Shown here: positions 48,800 to 59,783 of the stretch, one piece after another
How positions within the stretch are numbered: position 1 is the stretch's first letter
Layout of the letters: each line of letters starts with the position of its first letter
Assembly (NCBI GenBank): GCA_965222375.1
Contig: CBDCTZ010000012.1
Span: 608,001-672,000 of the forward strand
Source: Polyangiaceae bacterium
GTDB lineage: Bacteria > Myxococcota_A > Polyangia > Polyangiales > Polyangiaceae
Direction of reading: 5' to 3'
Length of the DNA: 64,000 nt
Program-made: the position numbers and the translations under genes
The notes under the pieces: model-generated
Told to the model about the DNA's origin: nothing
Databases searched by the model: none
Seen by the model: the letters and a program-made list of their open reading frames with translations, nothing else

Positions 48800-49875
48800 G
48801 GTTGACTGACGAGCAACACGAGGACGACGGTGAGCGCCATCGCCAAAATGACGATCAAGACGATGAGCGCTTTGATGCCCGTCTCGCCTTCGGGCTCGGG
48901 CTGCTCGTAGGGATAGCCCTGCTGCCCGGCGGGATACTGCATCGGATCGTAGGCCGGCGGTTGTGATGGATCCGGAGGTCCGCTTTGGGGCTGGGGGAGC
49001 GGCGGGTAGGAGCTTTGGACCTGGTTGTGCGAATAGGGCTGAGCGGGTAGCTCGGGTGGCCGGGCTGGCGCGTCGACGGTTGGGGCAATGGGGAACTGAG
49101 CGCCGTGCTGTTGGGACGCTGGAGGGGGCGGTTCGGCCACGGGCCGATTCACGGTGGCCGGCAAGTAGTCCCGATTCATGGTCAGGGTCGGCAACACGCC
49201 GCCTCCGCCGGGTGATGGTGGTGCTGGCTGAGCGCTAGCTGGTTTCGGATCGAGCTTCACGGCCACGCGAGTCATCGTCTCGTCGAAGTCGTCGTATAGA
49301 TCGCCCGGCTGGGCGCTGCTGGGCGGCATCGCCTCGAAGGAGCCACTCATCGAATCGCCGGGTGGGACAGGGGCCTTGGTCACGTCGTCATCGAGGGTTT
49401 CGTCGCTGTCCGAGCCCCCAGCTTGAGACTGGGATGCGACATCGAGCTTCATCGCCAGCTCAGCCGGTGATGCGACGACTTTGGTGGCGACCTCCTCCTC
49501 TTCGTAGGGCTCGGCCCCGGGGCCCGTCTCGGGTGTTCCTGCGGCCGGTCGGGCGCCCGAGTCGTCCGTAGGGAGCGCCTGAGTGACCTCCACGGCGTTC
49601 ATGTTCGGCTCCGACGCTTTGGCCGGCGGGGTCACGCCTCCGCGACGCGCCAGAGCTGCAAACCACGGAGAGTCCACGATGTTGGTCTCGCCATCGAAGA
49701 AGGCGAGGTCGGCGAATTCAGGCACCATCTCGATGGGCAGCCACTTGTCCTCACCCTGCGGCGTCACCTCGATTTCCACGCCCACGTCGCCCTCGTCCAC
49801 GGCGGCGATGATCTGCTCCGTCGAGTACGGGCCTTCGGGCTCGCCGCCCAGGCTGCGCACCATCCAGTGAGGCAT
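48796..49875 (-). CDS. GYF_2 (DUF4339-like) domain protein with long Pro/acidic linker and C-terminal TM anchor
   Basis: W.V....EPEGPYS...I.......V...GEDKWLPI..VPEF at the N-terminus. Hydrophobic C-terminal helix. Confidence 0.78.
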   Translation of the reverse strand: MPHWMVRSLGGEPEGPYSTEQIIAAVDEGDVGVEIEVTPQGEDKWLPIEMVPEFADLAFFDGETNIVDSPWFAALARRGGVTPPAKASEPNMNAVEVTQALPTDDSGARPAAGTPETGPGAEPYEEEEVATKVVASPAELAMKLDVASQSQAGGSDSDETLDDDVTKAPVPPGDSMSGSFEAMPPSSAQPGDLYDDFDETMTRVAVKLDPKPASAQPAPPSPGGGGVLPTLTMNRDYLPATVNRPVAEPPPPASQQHGAQFPIAPTVDAPARPPELPAQPYSHNQVQSSYPPLPQPQSGPPDPSQPPAYDPMQYPAGQQGYPYEQPEPEGETGIKALIVLIVILAMALTVVLVLLVSQP

Positions 49876-49946
49876 GTGCGTTCAGTCTACCCAGCTTTGC
49901 CCCCCAGAGCGCCTTTTTGCGCAGAAATGTGGCCATGAAGGCGGAC

Positions 49947-51038
49947 CTAGGTAGGCCGCTTGCGCACGAGCAGCTTGCGGGTGATCTCGACCACTTTGGC
50001 TGGAATCCTGGCGTCCCCCTTCTTCAGCTCAGGCGTGAACAGCCCGCCGGGCGACAAAAACAAGGACTCACCGGTCGCGTTCTTCGTGCCCACGATGCGC
50101 AGGGTCACGACCCCCGCGCCATTGCCAGCATCCTCCTTGCTCACAATCCGGCTGGACGCGTAGAGCGTGTCACCAGCGACGACGCCGTTGGGGTGGGCAC
50201 CCTGGTCTAGGCCCAGATCCCACACGGCGTTGCCACCCAGGTCTCGACTCGTGAGGGCTAGAACCCAAGACAGCACCAACCCGCCGTATACGACGCGGGT
50301 CTTCGCGAAAGAGTTGTCCTTGCAGTAGACCTCGTCGAAGTGAATCGGGTGGCTGTTTCGGCACAGCTGAGTCAGCTGCATATGCTCCGAGTCGCCCACG
50401 GTCTTGCCAACACCGTGAAAGAAGACATCTCCGACGTCGAAGTCCTCGTAAAAGCCCGAGAAGCCCCGACGATGCGCCATCGGCGCAACCTTGTCCCTCA
50501 GGGGCCCCGGCAGCGCGCCCGCGGGGTCGCTCACCTGCGGGATGGCTGGGTGTGCATTTTTCGGTCGCCCCTCGACGTTGCCTGCTCGCACTAGAGCTTT
50601 GCGGTCGAAGCGGCAGACGACCGTCCCGTCTTGATTCTCGAGCAAGGTGCGCACTTCCACTACGCCACGATTGCCTTTTGAAGAGGGTTTGGCACCGAGC
50701 ACTTCGCTGGAAGCGTGGACGGTGTCTCCGGCATAGCAGGCTTCCGGGAATCGGACGTCGATGTATGCCAAGTGCGCAATGGCTTGCTCGGAAACGTCGT
50801 GCACGCTGAATGACAAGCCCAGGTTCAATAGGATGACCGGGTGCACGGGGCGATCCCGAAAGCCCAGGTGCTTGGCATACTCCCGACTCGCAAAGGTCGG
50901 GATGGCGTCCTGAAAGGACGCCGCAAAAAGAGCCATCATGCCCTCGTCCACGGTGACTTCCCACGGGTGTTGGTAGACGTCCCCGACCTGGAAGTCATCC
51001 AACATTCTGCCGTAGGAATGAGTGCGCACTCCGCTCAT
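49947..51038 (-). CDS. mch: Double MaoC/hot-dog hydratase, probable mesaconyl-CoA hydratase
   Basis: Two hot-dog repeats (GRMLDDFQVGD and GFYEDFDVGD), AGDT motifs, VVYGG. Coupled to mcd and next to ccr. Confidence 0.75.
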   Translation of the reverse strand: MSGVRTHSYGRMLDDFQVGDVYQHPWEVTVDEGMMALFAASFQDAIPTFASREYAKHLGFRDRPVHPVILLNLGLSFSVHDVSEQAIAHLAYIDVRFPEACYAGDTVHASSEVLGAKPSSKGNRGVVEVRTLLENQDGTVVCRFDRKALVRAGNVEGRPKNAHPAIPQVSDPAGALPGPLRDKVAPMAHRRGFSGFYEDFDVGDVFFHGVGKTVGDSEHMQLTQLCRNSHPIHFDEVYCKDNSFAKTRVVYGGLVLSWVLALTSRDLGGNAVWDLGLDQGAHPNGVVAGDTLYASSRIVSKEDAGNGAGVVTLRIVGTKNATGESLFLSPGGLFTPELKKGDARIPAKVVEITRKLLVRKRPT

Positions 51039-52741
51039 GATTTCTCCTTCTTGGTCAGCGCTTGATCCAGCAGGCGTCGTGCAATGACGTGCGCTTGGAT
51101 CTCGTTGGCGCCTTCGAAAATGCTCAATACTCGTGCGTCGACCAGCAAGCGGCTTGCGACATACTCCACCGCGTAGCCGTTGCCGCCATGCACCTGCACG
51201 CATGCATCCGCGGCTTCCCAGGCGGCACGGGTTCCCAAGAGCTTGGCCATTCCGGCTTCCAGATCGCAGCGGGTCCCCTTGTCCTTTTCGCGGGCTGCGA
51301 AGTACGCGAGCTGTCGCGACGCCATGGTGCGAGCGATGATGCGTCCGATTTTTCGCTGCACCCGCGGAAATGAGAAAATGGGTTTGCCGAATTGGATGCG
51401 CTCTTGCGCGTACTTTCGAGCTTCTTCCAGCGCGGCTTGAGCAATGCCGACGCCCCGGGCCGCGGTCTGGATCCGCGCGCTTTCAAAAGTCGCCATGAGT
51501 TGCTTGAAGCCTTTGCCTTCCAAGCCACCCAGCAGGCCACCTTCTGCCACCTCGAAGCCGTCGAAGGAGATCTCGAACTCCTTCATTCCGCGGTAGCCGA
51601 GCACCTTGATCTCGGTGCCGGTGATGCCCGGGTCCGGGAAGCCCTGCTGCTCCGGATCCTCTTCGCTGCCGCGGCTCTTCTCCGCCAGGAACATGCTGAG
51701 GCCGGAGTAGCCGGGTTCATCCGGATTGGTGCGCACCAGCAACGTCATCAGGTCAGCTCGCGTTGCATGGGTGATCCAGGTCTTCTGTCCGAAGATCTTC
51801 CAGCCACCGCCGGACTGCTTTTCCCCGCGGGATTTGATGTGGGCGAGGTCGGATCCGAAGTTGGGCTCCGTGAACACCGCCGTGGGCAACACCTCTCCGG
51901 CGGCGATGCGAGGCAACACCCGCTGTTTCTGCTCGTCAGTGCCTCCGATCAAGATGAGCTCCGCGGCGATTTCCGCTCGCGTGCCCAGGGAGCCGACTCC
52001 AATGTAGCCCCGGGACAGCTCTTCGGTCACCACGCACATGGCCACCTTGCCCATGCCCATGCCGCCGTATTCCTCGGGGATGGTCAGTCCAAACACACCC
52101 AGCTGACTCATCTTTTCCAGCAAGGACAAGGGAATCAGTTGGTCTTGGCTGTGAACCTCTTGAGCGATGCCGACGACCTCACTGTCTGCGAAGCGCCGGA
52201 ACTCCGTCCGCACGGCGTCCAGGGTCTCGTCGTCCAAAAGCACGTCGCCGAAACTGGACGTCTCCTCGGATAGGCGCGCCAGCGCGCATACACATTCACC
52301 GCTAGCGAAAGCGTCGGCGAAACGTTGCACGGCTTCGGAACGCACCGTCGCGTGTACGTCCTCGTCGCTGAGTCCGAGATCCTGCAACGCGATAGATTCA
52401 CAAGGGCCGAGGTCGACGCCGCCCGGTAGGCAGCGCACCAACTCGCCGACGTACACGCCGGCGAGGCGCCGTTCCAATTCAGTCAAACGCTGTCTGGACG
52501 CCAGTGCTTCGAGCCAATGGCTCAACTGGCGGACCGCCTCGAGTTCCGTGGCGAGGTACGCCAATCCGTGAGCGGCGAGCTGATGCTTGTCCAGCTTCTT
52601 GGACGAGACGCGATCGCCATCGCGTACGCGCTCGAGCACGTGCAGCTGCGCGCGGCGATACAGTTCCTCCAAGCTCTTCAGCGGCGTGGACAGGTCCTGC
52701 GCGCCATCGATGACGGGCGGATCGGAAGCAACTTCAGTCAC
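51035..52741 (-). CDS. mcd: Acyl-CoA dehydrogenase, probable (2S)-methylsuccinyl-CoA dehydrogenase
   Basis: N-terminal extension with QLAAHGLAYLAT, then VVTEELSRGYIGVGSLGTR.EIA, FTEPN.GSDL, VLGYRGMKE, FESARIQTAAR. GTG 52741 follows GGAGG. Confidence 0.85.
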   Translation of the reverse strand: MTEVASDPPVIDGAQDLSTPLKSLEELYRRAQLHVLERVRDGDRVSSKKLDKHQLAAHGLAYLATELEAVRQLSHWLEALASRQRLTELERRLAGVYVGELVRCLPGGVDLGPCESIALQDLGLSDEDVHATVRSEAVQRFADAFASGECVCALARLSEETSSFGDVLLDDETLDAVRTEFRRFADSEVVGIAQEVHSQDQLIPLSLLEKMSQLGVFGLTIPEEYGGMGMGKVAMCVVTEELSRGYIGVGSLGTRAEIAAELILIGGTDEQKQRVLPRIAAGEVLPTAVFTEPNFGSDLAHIKSRGEKQSGGGWKIFGQKTWITHATRADLMTLLVRTNPDEPGYSGLSMFLAEKSRGSEEDPEQQGFPDPGITGTEIKVLGYRGMKEFEISFDGFEVAEGGLLGGLEGKGFKQLMATFESARIQTAARGVGIAQAALEEARKYAQERIQFGKPIFSFPRVQRKIGRIIARTMASRQLAYFAAREKDKGTRCDLEAGMAKLLGTRAAWEAADACVQVHGGNGYAVEYVASRLLVDARVLSIFEGANEIQAHVIARRLLDQALTKKEKS

Positions 52742-52926
52742 AGCGAGCCCTCCGAGGGAATGGGCGCCGCGCGCGGATTCCGGCCCCGGCGGCGCGTAGT
52801 TGGGGCAAAGTCCTGCAGGTCCATAGGCCCGGCCCCCGGGCCTCGTCAATGCCTCACAGGCGCGCAACTTCTGCGGACTTTTGACCCTCGAAGTTTGGCG
52901 CATCGCGCACTAGGATTCACTTCGCG

Positions 52927-54171
52927 ATGTCCAAGAGTTTGTACCCGCTCGGTGAGGTTCCGCCCCTCGGTCATGTACCCGAACGCATGCTCGCGCAGGT
53001 GATACGCAAGGAGCGATTTGGCGAACCTAGAGACGCTTTCAAGCAAGAGGAGCTGACGGTTCCCGAAATCGGACCCGAGGACGTGCTCGTCTACGTCATG
53101 GCTGCGGGGGTCAACTACAACAACGTTTGGGCTGGCCTAGGGCTGCCGATCGACGTCATCAAAACACGCCAGAAGCAGGGCGAGAAAGAGGACTTCCACA
53201 TTGGCGGCTCAGATGCGAGCGGCGTGGTGTGGAAGGTCGGAGACAAGGTCACGAACCTGAAGGTCGGCGACGAAGTAGTCGTGCACTGTGGGCACTGGAA
53301 GTCCGATGATCCTCACGTAGCTAGCGGGAAGGATCCCATGCTGGCGTCGTCTCAACGTATTTGGGGGTACGAGACCAATTTCGGCAGTTTTGCCCAATTC
53401 ACCAAAGTGCAAGCGCATCAGTGTTTGCCCAAGCCGCCGCACCTTTCATGGGAGGAGTCCGCTGCATACATGCTGGTGGGAGCCACCGCCTACCGCATGC
53501 TCCACGGCTGGGCCGGCAACACCATCGCCGAAGGCGATGCGGTTCTGATTTGGGGTGGCGCGGGTGGGCTCGGTTGCATGGCAATTCAAATCGTGGCTGC
53601 CGCGGGCGGCAAAGCGGTCGCGATCGTGAGCAGCGACGACAAGGTGGAGTACTGCAAAAAGCTGGGCGCCGTGGGCGTCATGAACCGAAAAGACTTTCAC
53701 CACTGGGGCATGCTGCCGCACTGGAAGGACGACGCCGGCTATGCCGAATGGGTCGGCCAGGCCAAGGCCTTCGGGCGTGCGTTTTGGGAGGCACTAGGCG
53801 AAAAGCGCAATCCCCAGATCGTCTTCGAGCACCCCGGCGAGGCGACCATTCCGACGTCCATTTTCGTTTGCGACACCGGTGGCATGGTTGTGGTTTGCGC
53901 CGGCACCACCGGCTACAACGCGACCCTGGATCTGCGCTATCACTGGATGCGCCAGAAGCGGCTGCAAGGTTCCCATTTCGCCAATGACGACCAAGCCAAG
54001 GGCATCAACGACTTGGTCATCGATGGCAAGGTCGACCCTTGCATGTCCCAGGTCTTTCCGTTCCATGAGACGGGCACGTCTCATCAGTTGATGAGGGACA
54101 ACAAGCACCCCAACGGGAACATGTCGATCCTCGTCAACGCGACTGAGCGCGGGCACAAGACCCTGAAGTAG
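52927..54171 (+). CDS. ccr: Crotonyl-CoA carboxylase/reductase
   Basis: [46 protein letters not shown]. The Asn, Glu and His of the CO2-binding site are present. Confidence 0.96.
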   Translation: MSKSLYPLGEVPPLGHVPERMLAQVIRKERFGEPRDAFKQEELTVPEIGPEDVLVYVMAAGVNYNNVWAGLGLPIDVIKTRQKQGEKEDFHIGGSDASGVVWKVGDKVTNLKVGDEVVVHCGHWKSDDPHVASGKDPMLASSQRIWGYETNFGSFAQFTKVQAHQCLPKPPHLSWEESAAYMLVGATAYRMLHGWAGNTIAEGDAVLIWGGAGGLGCMAIQIVAAAGGKAVAIVSSDDKVEYCKKLGAVGVMNRKDFHHWGMLPHWKDDAGYAEWVGQAKAFGRAFWEALGEKRNPQIVFEHPGEATIPTSIFVCDTGGMVVVCAGTTGYNATLDLRYHWMRQKRLQGSHFANDDQAKGINDLVIDGKVDPCMSQVFPFHETGTSHQLMRDNKHPNGNMSILVNATERGHKTLK

Positions 54172-54232
54172 TGACGCCCCGGGCGTCCAAGGGTGGGCAG
54201 ATGTATGCCCGTTCAGATGCTAGCGCCCGCCG

Positions 54233-54373
54233 TTACTGCGCTGACGTGCTCGCGGCGGTCGTCTTGCCGACCATCCCGCTCGCGCTGTAGTTGAGTCCCA
54301 GCATCACCACTAGACCGATGCCGAAACCGATCATGAGGTCCTTCACCAACTTCTTTGGCTGAACTAGCAACAT
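54233..54373 (-). CDS. Putative 46-aa single-TM small protein
   Basis: MLLVQPKKLVKDLMIGFGIGLVVMLGLNYSASGMVGKTTAASTSAQ, filling an otherwise empty intergenic gap. Confidence 0.4.
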   Translation of the reverse strand: MLLVQPKKLVKDLMIGFGIGLVVMLGLNYSASGMVGKTTAASTSAQ

Positions 54374-54577
54374 GTCGCCCGCACAAGCAAGACGTATGCC
54401 AGGGGTTTGGTTCGACAAAGTCCCATGAAAACCGAGTTTGTGCCACGGGGAGTGTGCCATTTCAGGGTCATTCCGCCGTGCCCGACAGGGCACAGGTGGG
54501 GCATTGCTGACCCAGCGCATACCCAAGGTCCCCAAGCGCGCTAGGGTGCGCGTCCCGACCTCGAGGAGGACGAAGCG

Positions 54578-55771
54578 ATGAAGAAACTCGACAAAGAAAT
54601 CTGGATTGTCTCGGCGAAACGCACTCCCTTCGGGACCCTATCGGGCGCCCTGAAGAACGTCACGGCCATCGACTTGGCCGTGCACGCATCCAAAGCGGCG
54701 CTCAGCCAGGCGAAGTTGGAGGGGAGCGATCTGGGTCATGTCGTGCTCGGCAACGTGCAGCAGACCAGCGCAGACGCGCTCTACGGCGCTCGACACGTCG
54801 GGCTCAAGGCAGGAACGCCCGTGGAGGTGCCCGCGCTGACTCTGAACCGGCTCTGTGGCTCTGGTTTCCAGGCCGTGCTCACGGCGGCAGAGCAGATCCT
54901 GCTCGGCGAGGCCAACGCCGTACTCGCCGCCGGCACGGAGAACATGAGCATGGCGCCCCATGTGATGTTCGGGCTGCGCGACGGTGCGAAATTCGGTCGG
55001 CCTCCAAAGCTCGTCGACTCCTTGTGGGAGGCCTTGACGGATAGCTACTCGAACACGCCGATGGCGATTACCGCCGAGAACCTCGCCGAAAAATACGGCA
55101 TCACCCGAGAGCAGGCCGACAGCTTCGCATTGCAGAGCCAGAAACGCTGGGCGGCAGCCCAAGAGAGCGGCGGTTTCGCCGACGAGATTGCGCCGATGGA
55201 AGTCAAGGCTGGGCGAAAGACCATCAACCTGGACCGAGACGAGCATCCGCGACCGGACGCCACTATGGAAGGTCTGGCCAAGTTGCCCCCGGTGTTCAAG
55301 AAGGACGGCATCGTCACCGCGGGCAATGCCTCGGGCATCAGTGACGGCGCGGCAGCTCTCGTCGTCACAGACGCGACCTGGGCCAAGAGCCGCGGACTGA
55401 AGCCCCTGGCCAAGCTGGTTGGCTGGGGCGTTGCGGGAGTAGAGCCGACGTTGATGGGCATCGGCCCAGCACCGGCGATTCGGTCGGCCTTGGATCGAAC
55501 TGGAATTGCTCTGGATGCTGTCGATCTCTTCGACGTCAACGAGGCGTTCGCACCCCAGTTCTTGGCAGTCCAGAAGGAGCTGGGCTTGCCTGACGACAAG
55601 ACCAACGTCAACGGCGGAGCGATCGCCCTGGGTCACCCGCTAGGAGCGAGTGGAGCCCGGATCACGGCGAACTTGATCTACACGTTGCGCAAGCAGCAAA
55701 AGAAGATCGCGGTCGGTGGTGCCTGCATTGGCGGCGGTCAAGGCATCGCCGTCGTGCTTGAAGCCGGTTGA
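54578..55771 (+). CDS. Acetyl-CoA C-acyltransferase (thiolase)
   Basis: NRLCGSG, NEAFA, GHPLGASG, CIGGGQG. Strong GAGGAGG RBS. Confidence 0.96.
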   Translation: MKKLDKEIWIVSAKRTPFGTLSGALKNVTAIDLAVHASKAALSQAKLEGSDLGHVVLGNVQQTSADALYGARHVGLKAGTPVEVPALTLNRLCGSGFQAVLTAAEQILLGEANAVLAAGTENMSMAPHVMFGLRDGAKFGRPPKLVDSLWEALTDSYSNTPMAITAENLAEKYGITREQADSFALQSQKRWAAAQESGGFADEIAPMEVKAGRKTINLDRDEHPRPDATMEGLAKLPPVFKKDGIVTAGNASGISDGAAALVVTDATWAKSRGLKPLAKLVGWGVAGVEPTLMGIGPAPAIRSALDRTGIALDAVDLFDVNEAFAPQFLAVQKELGLPDDKTNVNGGAIALGHPLGASGARITANLIYTLRKQQKKIAVGGACIGGGQGIAVVLEAG

Positions 55772-55799
55772 GGCGTGACAGCGAAGTGCGGTGCGGCTG

Positions 55800-58055
55800 T
55801 CAGGTGGTCGCGCCGACCTTCGTCTTGAATTGAATCTTGCCGTCTGCGTAGTCGACGGTCACCTCGCCGCCATCTTCGAGCTCACCAAACAAAATCTCAT
55901 CGCCCAAGGGGCGCTTCACCTCGTCCTGGATCAACCGGGACAAAGGGCGCGCGCCCATGTCTTTGTCGTAACCTTTGTCGGCCAGATACTCCCGGGCGCT
56001 GTCCGAAAGGCGCAGAACGACATCGCGCTCCTGCAACTGGTCGGCCAGCTCGACAATGAACTTGTCGACGACCTTGCCCATTACCGCTGGCGTCAAGGCG
56101 TCGAAGGAAATCCGAGCGTCCATTCGGTTGCGGAACTCAGGACTGAAGGTGTTCTTGAACGCCACGTCATCCCGCCCCGCACTGGTGCGATCCCCGAAGC
56201 CCACGGGCTTTCGCGCCAGATCCGCCGCTCCGACATTGCTGGTCATGATCAGGATGCCGTGACGGAAGTCGCTCTTCTTGCCGTTGTTGTCCGTCAAAGT
56301 TCCATGGTCCATTACCTGCAGCAGGACGTTGAACACGTCTGGATGGGCCTTTTCGATTTCATCCAGGAGCAAGACGCAGTGGGGCGTCTTGGCGACGGCT
56401 TCGGTCAACAGGCCGCCACGATCGAAGCCGACGTAGCCCGGGGGAGCACCAATCAGGCGACTGACGGTGTGTCGCTCCTGGTATTCGCTCATATCGAAGC
56501 GCACCAATTCGACCCCGAGGGTCTTGGCTAGTTGGCGCGCAGCCTCGGTTTTTCCGACGCCCGTGGGGCCCGTGAAGAGGTAGGAGCCGATGGGCTTGTC
56601 CGGGGGACGCAGCCCGGCCCGGGCGAGCTTCACCGCCGTGGCCAGCTCTTCCATTGCGCGGTCTTGGCCGAAGACGACTTTCTTCAGGTCTTGATCGAGG
56701 TTTTTTAGAGCGGTCTTGTCGTTCGTGGAAACCTGACGTGGAGGGATCTGCGCCATGCGTGCGACGACTTCTTCGATCCGCTCGACGCTCACTTCAGCCC
56801 CCGGCCCGTCCTCGAGTTTGGCGTCCGCACCGCCTTCATCCAGCAGGTCGATGGCCTTGTCGGGCAGCTTGCGATCGTGAAGGTACTTTTGCGCAAGCTT
56901 GGCCGCAGCCTCCAGGGACTCGTCGGTGTAGCTAACGCCGTGGAATTCCTCGTAATGAGGCTTGAGCCCTTTGAGGATCAGCACCGTCTCGTCCACACTG
57001 GGCTCGAGCACTTCAATCTTCTGAAATCGGCGTGCCAAGGCGCGATCCCGCTCCATGTGACTGCGGTACTCCTCAAAGGTCGTCGCTCCGATGCAGCGCA
57101 ACTTGCCGCTGGCCAGCGCCGGCTTTAGCAGGTTGGCCGCGTCCAACGTGCCCCCGCTCGCTGCACCTGCGCCGACGACGGTGTGCAGTTCATCGACGAA
57201 CAACACGGCGCCTTCGATCTTCGTGAGCGCTTTGAGGACCGCCTTCACCCGGCTCTCGAAGTCACCGCGGAACTTGGTACCAGCAACCAAGGAGCCCATG
57301 TCCAGCGCATAGATTTCGGCGTTCTTGATGGCGTCGGGTACTTCCTCTTGAACGATCTTCTGCGCAAGACCTTCCACGATGGCCGTCTTGCCCACACCCG
57401 CGTCGCCCACGAACAGAGGATTGTTCTTCTTCTTTCGCGCTAGCACCTGAATCGCTCGACGGATTTCCTTCTCCCGGCCCACCAGCGGCTCGATCTCACC
57501 GTCGCGGGCCCGTTCGTTCAGGTTGGACGCGAATTTCTCCAGGGGGCTCTGCTCCGGCTCGCGCTGCCCGCCTTCCTCGCCGTCTCCTACCGTTTCCGCC
57601 TCGAGGTCGTCGTCGTCGTCGCCTTTCTCCACGCCATGGGAGATATAGCTCACCACGTCGTATCGGGTGATCCCGTGCTCCCCAAGGAGCTGCAGGGCAG
57701 GGGAGTCGACCTCCGCGAAGATCGCCACCAAAACGTTCTGCCCTTTGAGTTCCTCCTTACCGCTCGACTCGACGTGGATCGCGGCGCGCTGGAGCACGCG
57801 TTGAAAGCCACGGCTGGGTGTGGGATTGGCACTGAGCCCCTCAGGTACCGCCGGAAACTCCTCGTCCAGGAACTTCTCTAGAGCCGCCTTGAGCTTGGTC
57901 ACGTTGCCACCAGACTTCTTCACCACGGTGACCGTGTCGTCATCGTGGAGCAGGGCGTAGAGCAGGTGTTCCACGGTGATCATGTCGTGGCCCCGACGCT
58001 GCGCTTCTCGGAGCGCCAGGGAGCACGCGATCTCGACTTCCGCACTGACTTTCAT
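55800..58055 (-). CDS. clpA: ATP-dependent Clp protease ATP-binding subunit ClpA
   Basis: Two AAA+ modules ([16 protein letters not shown]), ClpP-docking VGF loop, no ClpB middle domain, downstream of clpS. Confidence 0.96.
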   Translation of the reverse strand: MKVSAEVEIACSLALREAQRRGHDMITVEHLLYALLHDDDTVTVVKKSGGNVTKLKAALEKFLDEEFPAVPEGLSANPTPSRGFQRVLQRAAIHVESSGKEELKGQNVLVAIFAEVDSPALQLLGEHGITRYDVVSYISHGVEKGDDDDDLEAETVGDGEEGGQREPEQSPLEKFASNLNERARDGEIEPLVGREKEIRRAIQVLARKKKNNPLFVGDAGVGKTAIVEGLAQKIVQEEVPDAIKNAEIYALDMGSLVAGTKFRGDFESRVKAVLKALTKIEGAVLFVDELHTVVGAGAASGGTLDAANLLKPALASGKLRCIGATTFEEYRSHMERDRALARRFQKIEVLEPSVDETVLILKGLKPHYEEFHGVSYTDESLEAAAKLAQKYLHDRKLPDKAIDLLDEGGADAKLEDGPGAEVSVERIEEVVARMAQIPPRQVSTNDKTALKNLDQDLKKVVFGQDRAMEELATAVKLARAGLRPPDKPIGSYLFTGPTGVGKTEAARQLAKTLGVELVRFDMSEYQERHTVSRLIGAPPGYVGFDRGGLLTEAVAKTPHCVLLLDEIEKAHPDVFNVLLQVMDHGTLTDNNGKKSDFRHGILIMTSNVGAADLARKPVGFGDRTSAGRDDVAFKNTFSPEFRNRMDARISFDALTPAVMGKVVDKFIVELADQLQERDVVLRLSDSAREYLADKGYDKDMGARPLSRLIQDEVKRPLGDEILFGELEDGGEVTVDYADGKIQFKTKVGATT

Positions 58056-58408
58056 TTGTCGTCCTCGTCTTCGTCGTCAGCTGGCTCGGCGGTCACCCGC
58101 AGAGGGTGACCATGTTCTTTGGCGTAGGCGATGACTTGGTCTGCCTTGGACTCGGCGACGTCCCGGGTGAAGGAGCCCACGACGCCGTAGCCCTTGTGAT
58201 GGATCTCGAGCATGACCTTGGTGGCGGAGGTCTCGCTGAGGTGGAAGAACTGCATCAACACGTGTACGACGAACTCCATCGTCGTGTAGTCATCGTTGTG
58301 GAAGACGACGTGGTAACGCGGCGCGCGTCGGGTGCGTTGACGCTCTTGGACCGCTAGGTCGCCGTCGCGTTCCTCGTCGGGGGGGCTGGGCATGTCAGGA
58401 GAAGACAT
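58052..58408 (-). CDS. clpS: Clp protease adaptor ClpS
   Basis: [28 protein letters not shown]. Start at 58408 or 58393. Confidence 0.96.
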   Translation of the reverse strand: MSSPDMPSPPDEERDGDLAVQERQRTRRAPRYHVVFHNDDYTTMEFVVHVLMQFFHLSETSATKVMLEIHHKGYGVVGSFTRDVAESKADQVIAYAKEHGHPLRVTAEPADDEDEDDK

Positions 58409-58537
58409 CGCTAGGACAGCAAATTTGCGCACCGACGGCTCCAGTGTCGAGTCCCCCGCGAATCGGGCACTCGCCAGGCGGTAAAAGCCCGCTGCTTCGA
58501 GCTTTATGGGCCGTCGAGGCCCATGCAATGATGTGGC

Positions 58538-59482
58538 GTGCACGGCCTCCCGGAAGACCTGGTGCAGCCGCCGGGTCGGCCCAGCGGGCTGGATCTGACG
58601 GCCCCCCTCAGGCGCGCCTACGAGCATACCCGGAGGGTGTTGTTCCCTTTCAATGTGAGCAAGTGGCTCACCCTGGGGTTCTCGGCGTGGATCGCGCATT
58701 TGGGGGAAGGCGGCGGAGGAAGCTTCAGCATACCCGATACCAGTGGCGGGCGCGGCCGCGGCTTCTCTCAGCTGGCGGATTTCGTGAGGGACAACCTTGC
58801 GGTGATCGGGATCGTCAGCGGTGTCGTTTTGGTGGTCGCACTAGTCATCACCGCCGCGTTGCTCTTCGTGAGCAGCCGGGGCAAGTTCATCTTCCTCGAC
58901 AATGTGCTGCACAACCGGACCCTCGTAGAAGACCCCTGGCGCAGGTTTCGGGAAGAAGGTAACAGCCTGTTCAAGGTCAGGCTCGTGCTTGCCTTGATCA
59001 CACTTGTGATCATCTTGGCAGCGGCGGGCGCCTTCATCGGGATCGCGTGGGACGACTTGGCAGCCGGGGTCTTTGAAGGGCGCGCGGTGCTCGGCGTGGT
59101 CGTTTCCCTCGGCATTGTGCTTCTGGGTGTTCCCATCTCCGTGCTAGGCGCGCTACTCGAGGACTTCGTACTCCCGACCATGTACCTTGACGGCCCCGAC
59201 TGGCGCGCGGCTGCCGCCCGGGTGCGTTCGGCCCTCTCGGGCCAATGGCTCACCGTGGCAGCCTTCTACTTGCTGCGGATCGGGCTCTCGGTCGGGGCGG
59301 GCGTGATAGCCGTGCTCGTGACCTGCTTCACGTGTTGCATCGCCAGCCTGCCCTTCGTGGGTACCGTGTTCATGCTTCCGGTCATCGTCTTCCTCCGCTC
59401 CTACGTGTGGTTCTTCGTGCAGCAGCTCGGACCCGACTTCCGCCTCTTTCCCCAACCCGACCACGAAGTCCCCATGCCCTAG
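58538..59482 (+). CDS. Hypothetical polytopic membrane protein
   Basis: About six hydrophobic helices and typical codon usage. Start uncertain. Confidence 0.75.
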   Translation: MHGLPEDLVQPPGRPSGLDLTAPLRRAYEHTRRVLFPFNVSKWLTLGFSAWIAHLGEGGGGSFSIPDTSGGRGRGFSQLADFVRDNLAVIGIVSGVVLVVALVITAALLFVSSRGKFIFLDNVLHNRTLVEDPWRRFREEGNSLFKVRLVLALITLVIILAAAGAFIGIAWDDLAAGVFEGRAVLGVVVSLGIVLLGVPISVLGALLEDFVLPTMYLDGPDWRAAAARVRSALSGQWLTVAAFYLLRIGLSVGAGVIAVLVTCFTCCIASLPFVGTVFMLPVIVFLRSYVWFFVQQLGPDFRLFPQPDHEVPMP

Positions 59483-59612
59483 GCCCGTCGAAGCTGCGCA
59501 GCGACGCGCCGGTTTCCTCTGCCCTGCACCAGCTCGACAGCACTTGGTAGGGTTTGCGCAGACACTGGTTTTTGGGGTCGGGTGCAATTTCTCGCTCCCG
59601 GTCCAAGCCCCT

Positions 59613-59783
59613 TCAGCGGATCAGGTCGCTCACGCAGTCCAGCCGAGCGCCCAGGGCGCGTCAGCGGATCGCGCTGCTCAGGGACTCGAGCCGGGCGCCC
59701 AGGGTGCCCCGGCGGCTCAGGCCGCACTGGGACATCAGCCGGGCGGGGCACGTCAGCGGATCAGGCCGCTTACGAAGTCCAGC
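59613..59783. repeat. Degenerate ~48-bp tandem repeat (3 intergenic units plus the 3' end of the adjacent gene)
   Basis: Units start at 59613, 59661, 59709 and 59753. Unit 1 vs unit 2 is 37/48 identical; unit 1 vs the gene end is 28/31. Confidence 0.85.

Noticed and set aside
52927..54171. Ccr as a polyketide extender-unit gene of a biosynthetic cluster
   Set aside because: No PKS/NRPS genes lie in the window, and the neighbours are mcd, mch and ecm.
55800..58055. ClpB or ClpC
   Set aside because: It lacks the middle coiled-coil domain, has a VGF loop and is coupled to clpS.
59613..59783. CRISPR array
   Set aside because: The units are similar along their whole length with no unique spacers, they derive from a coding end, and no cas genes are present.
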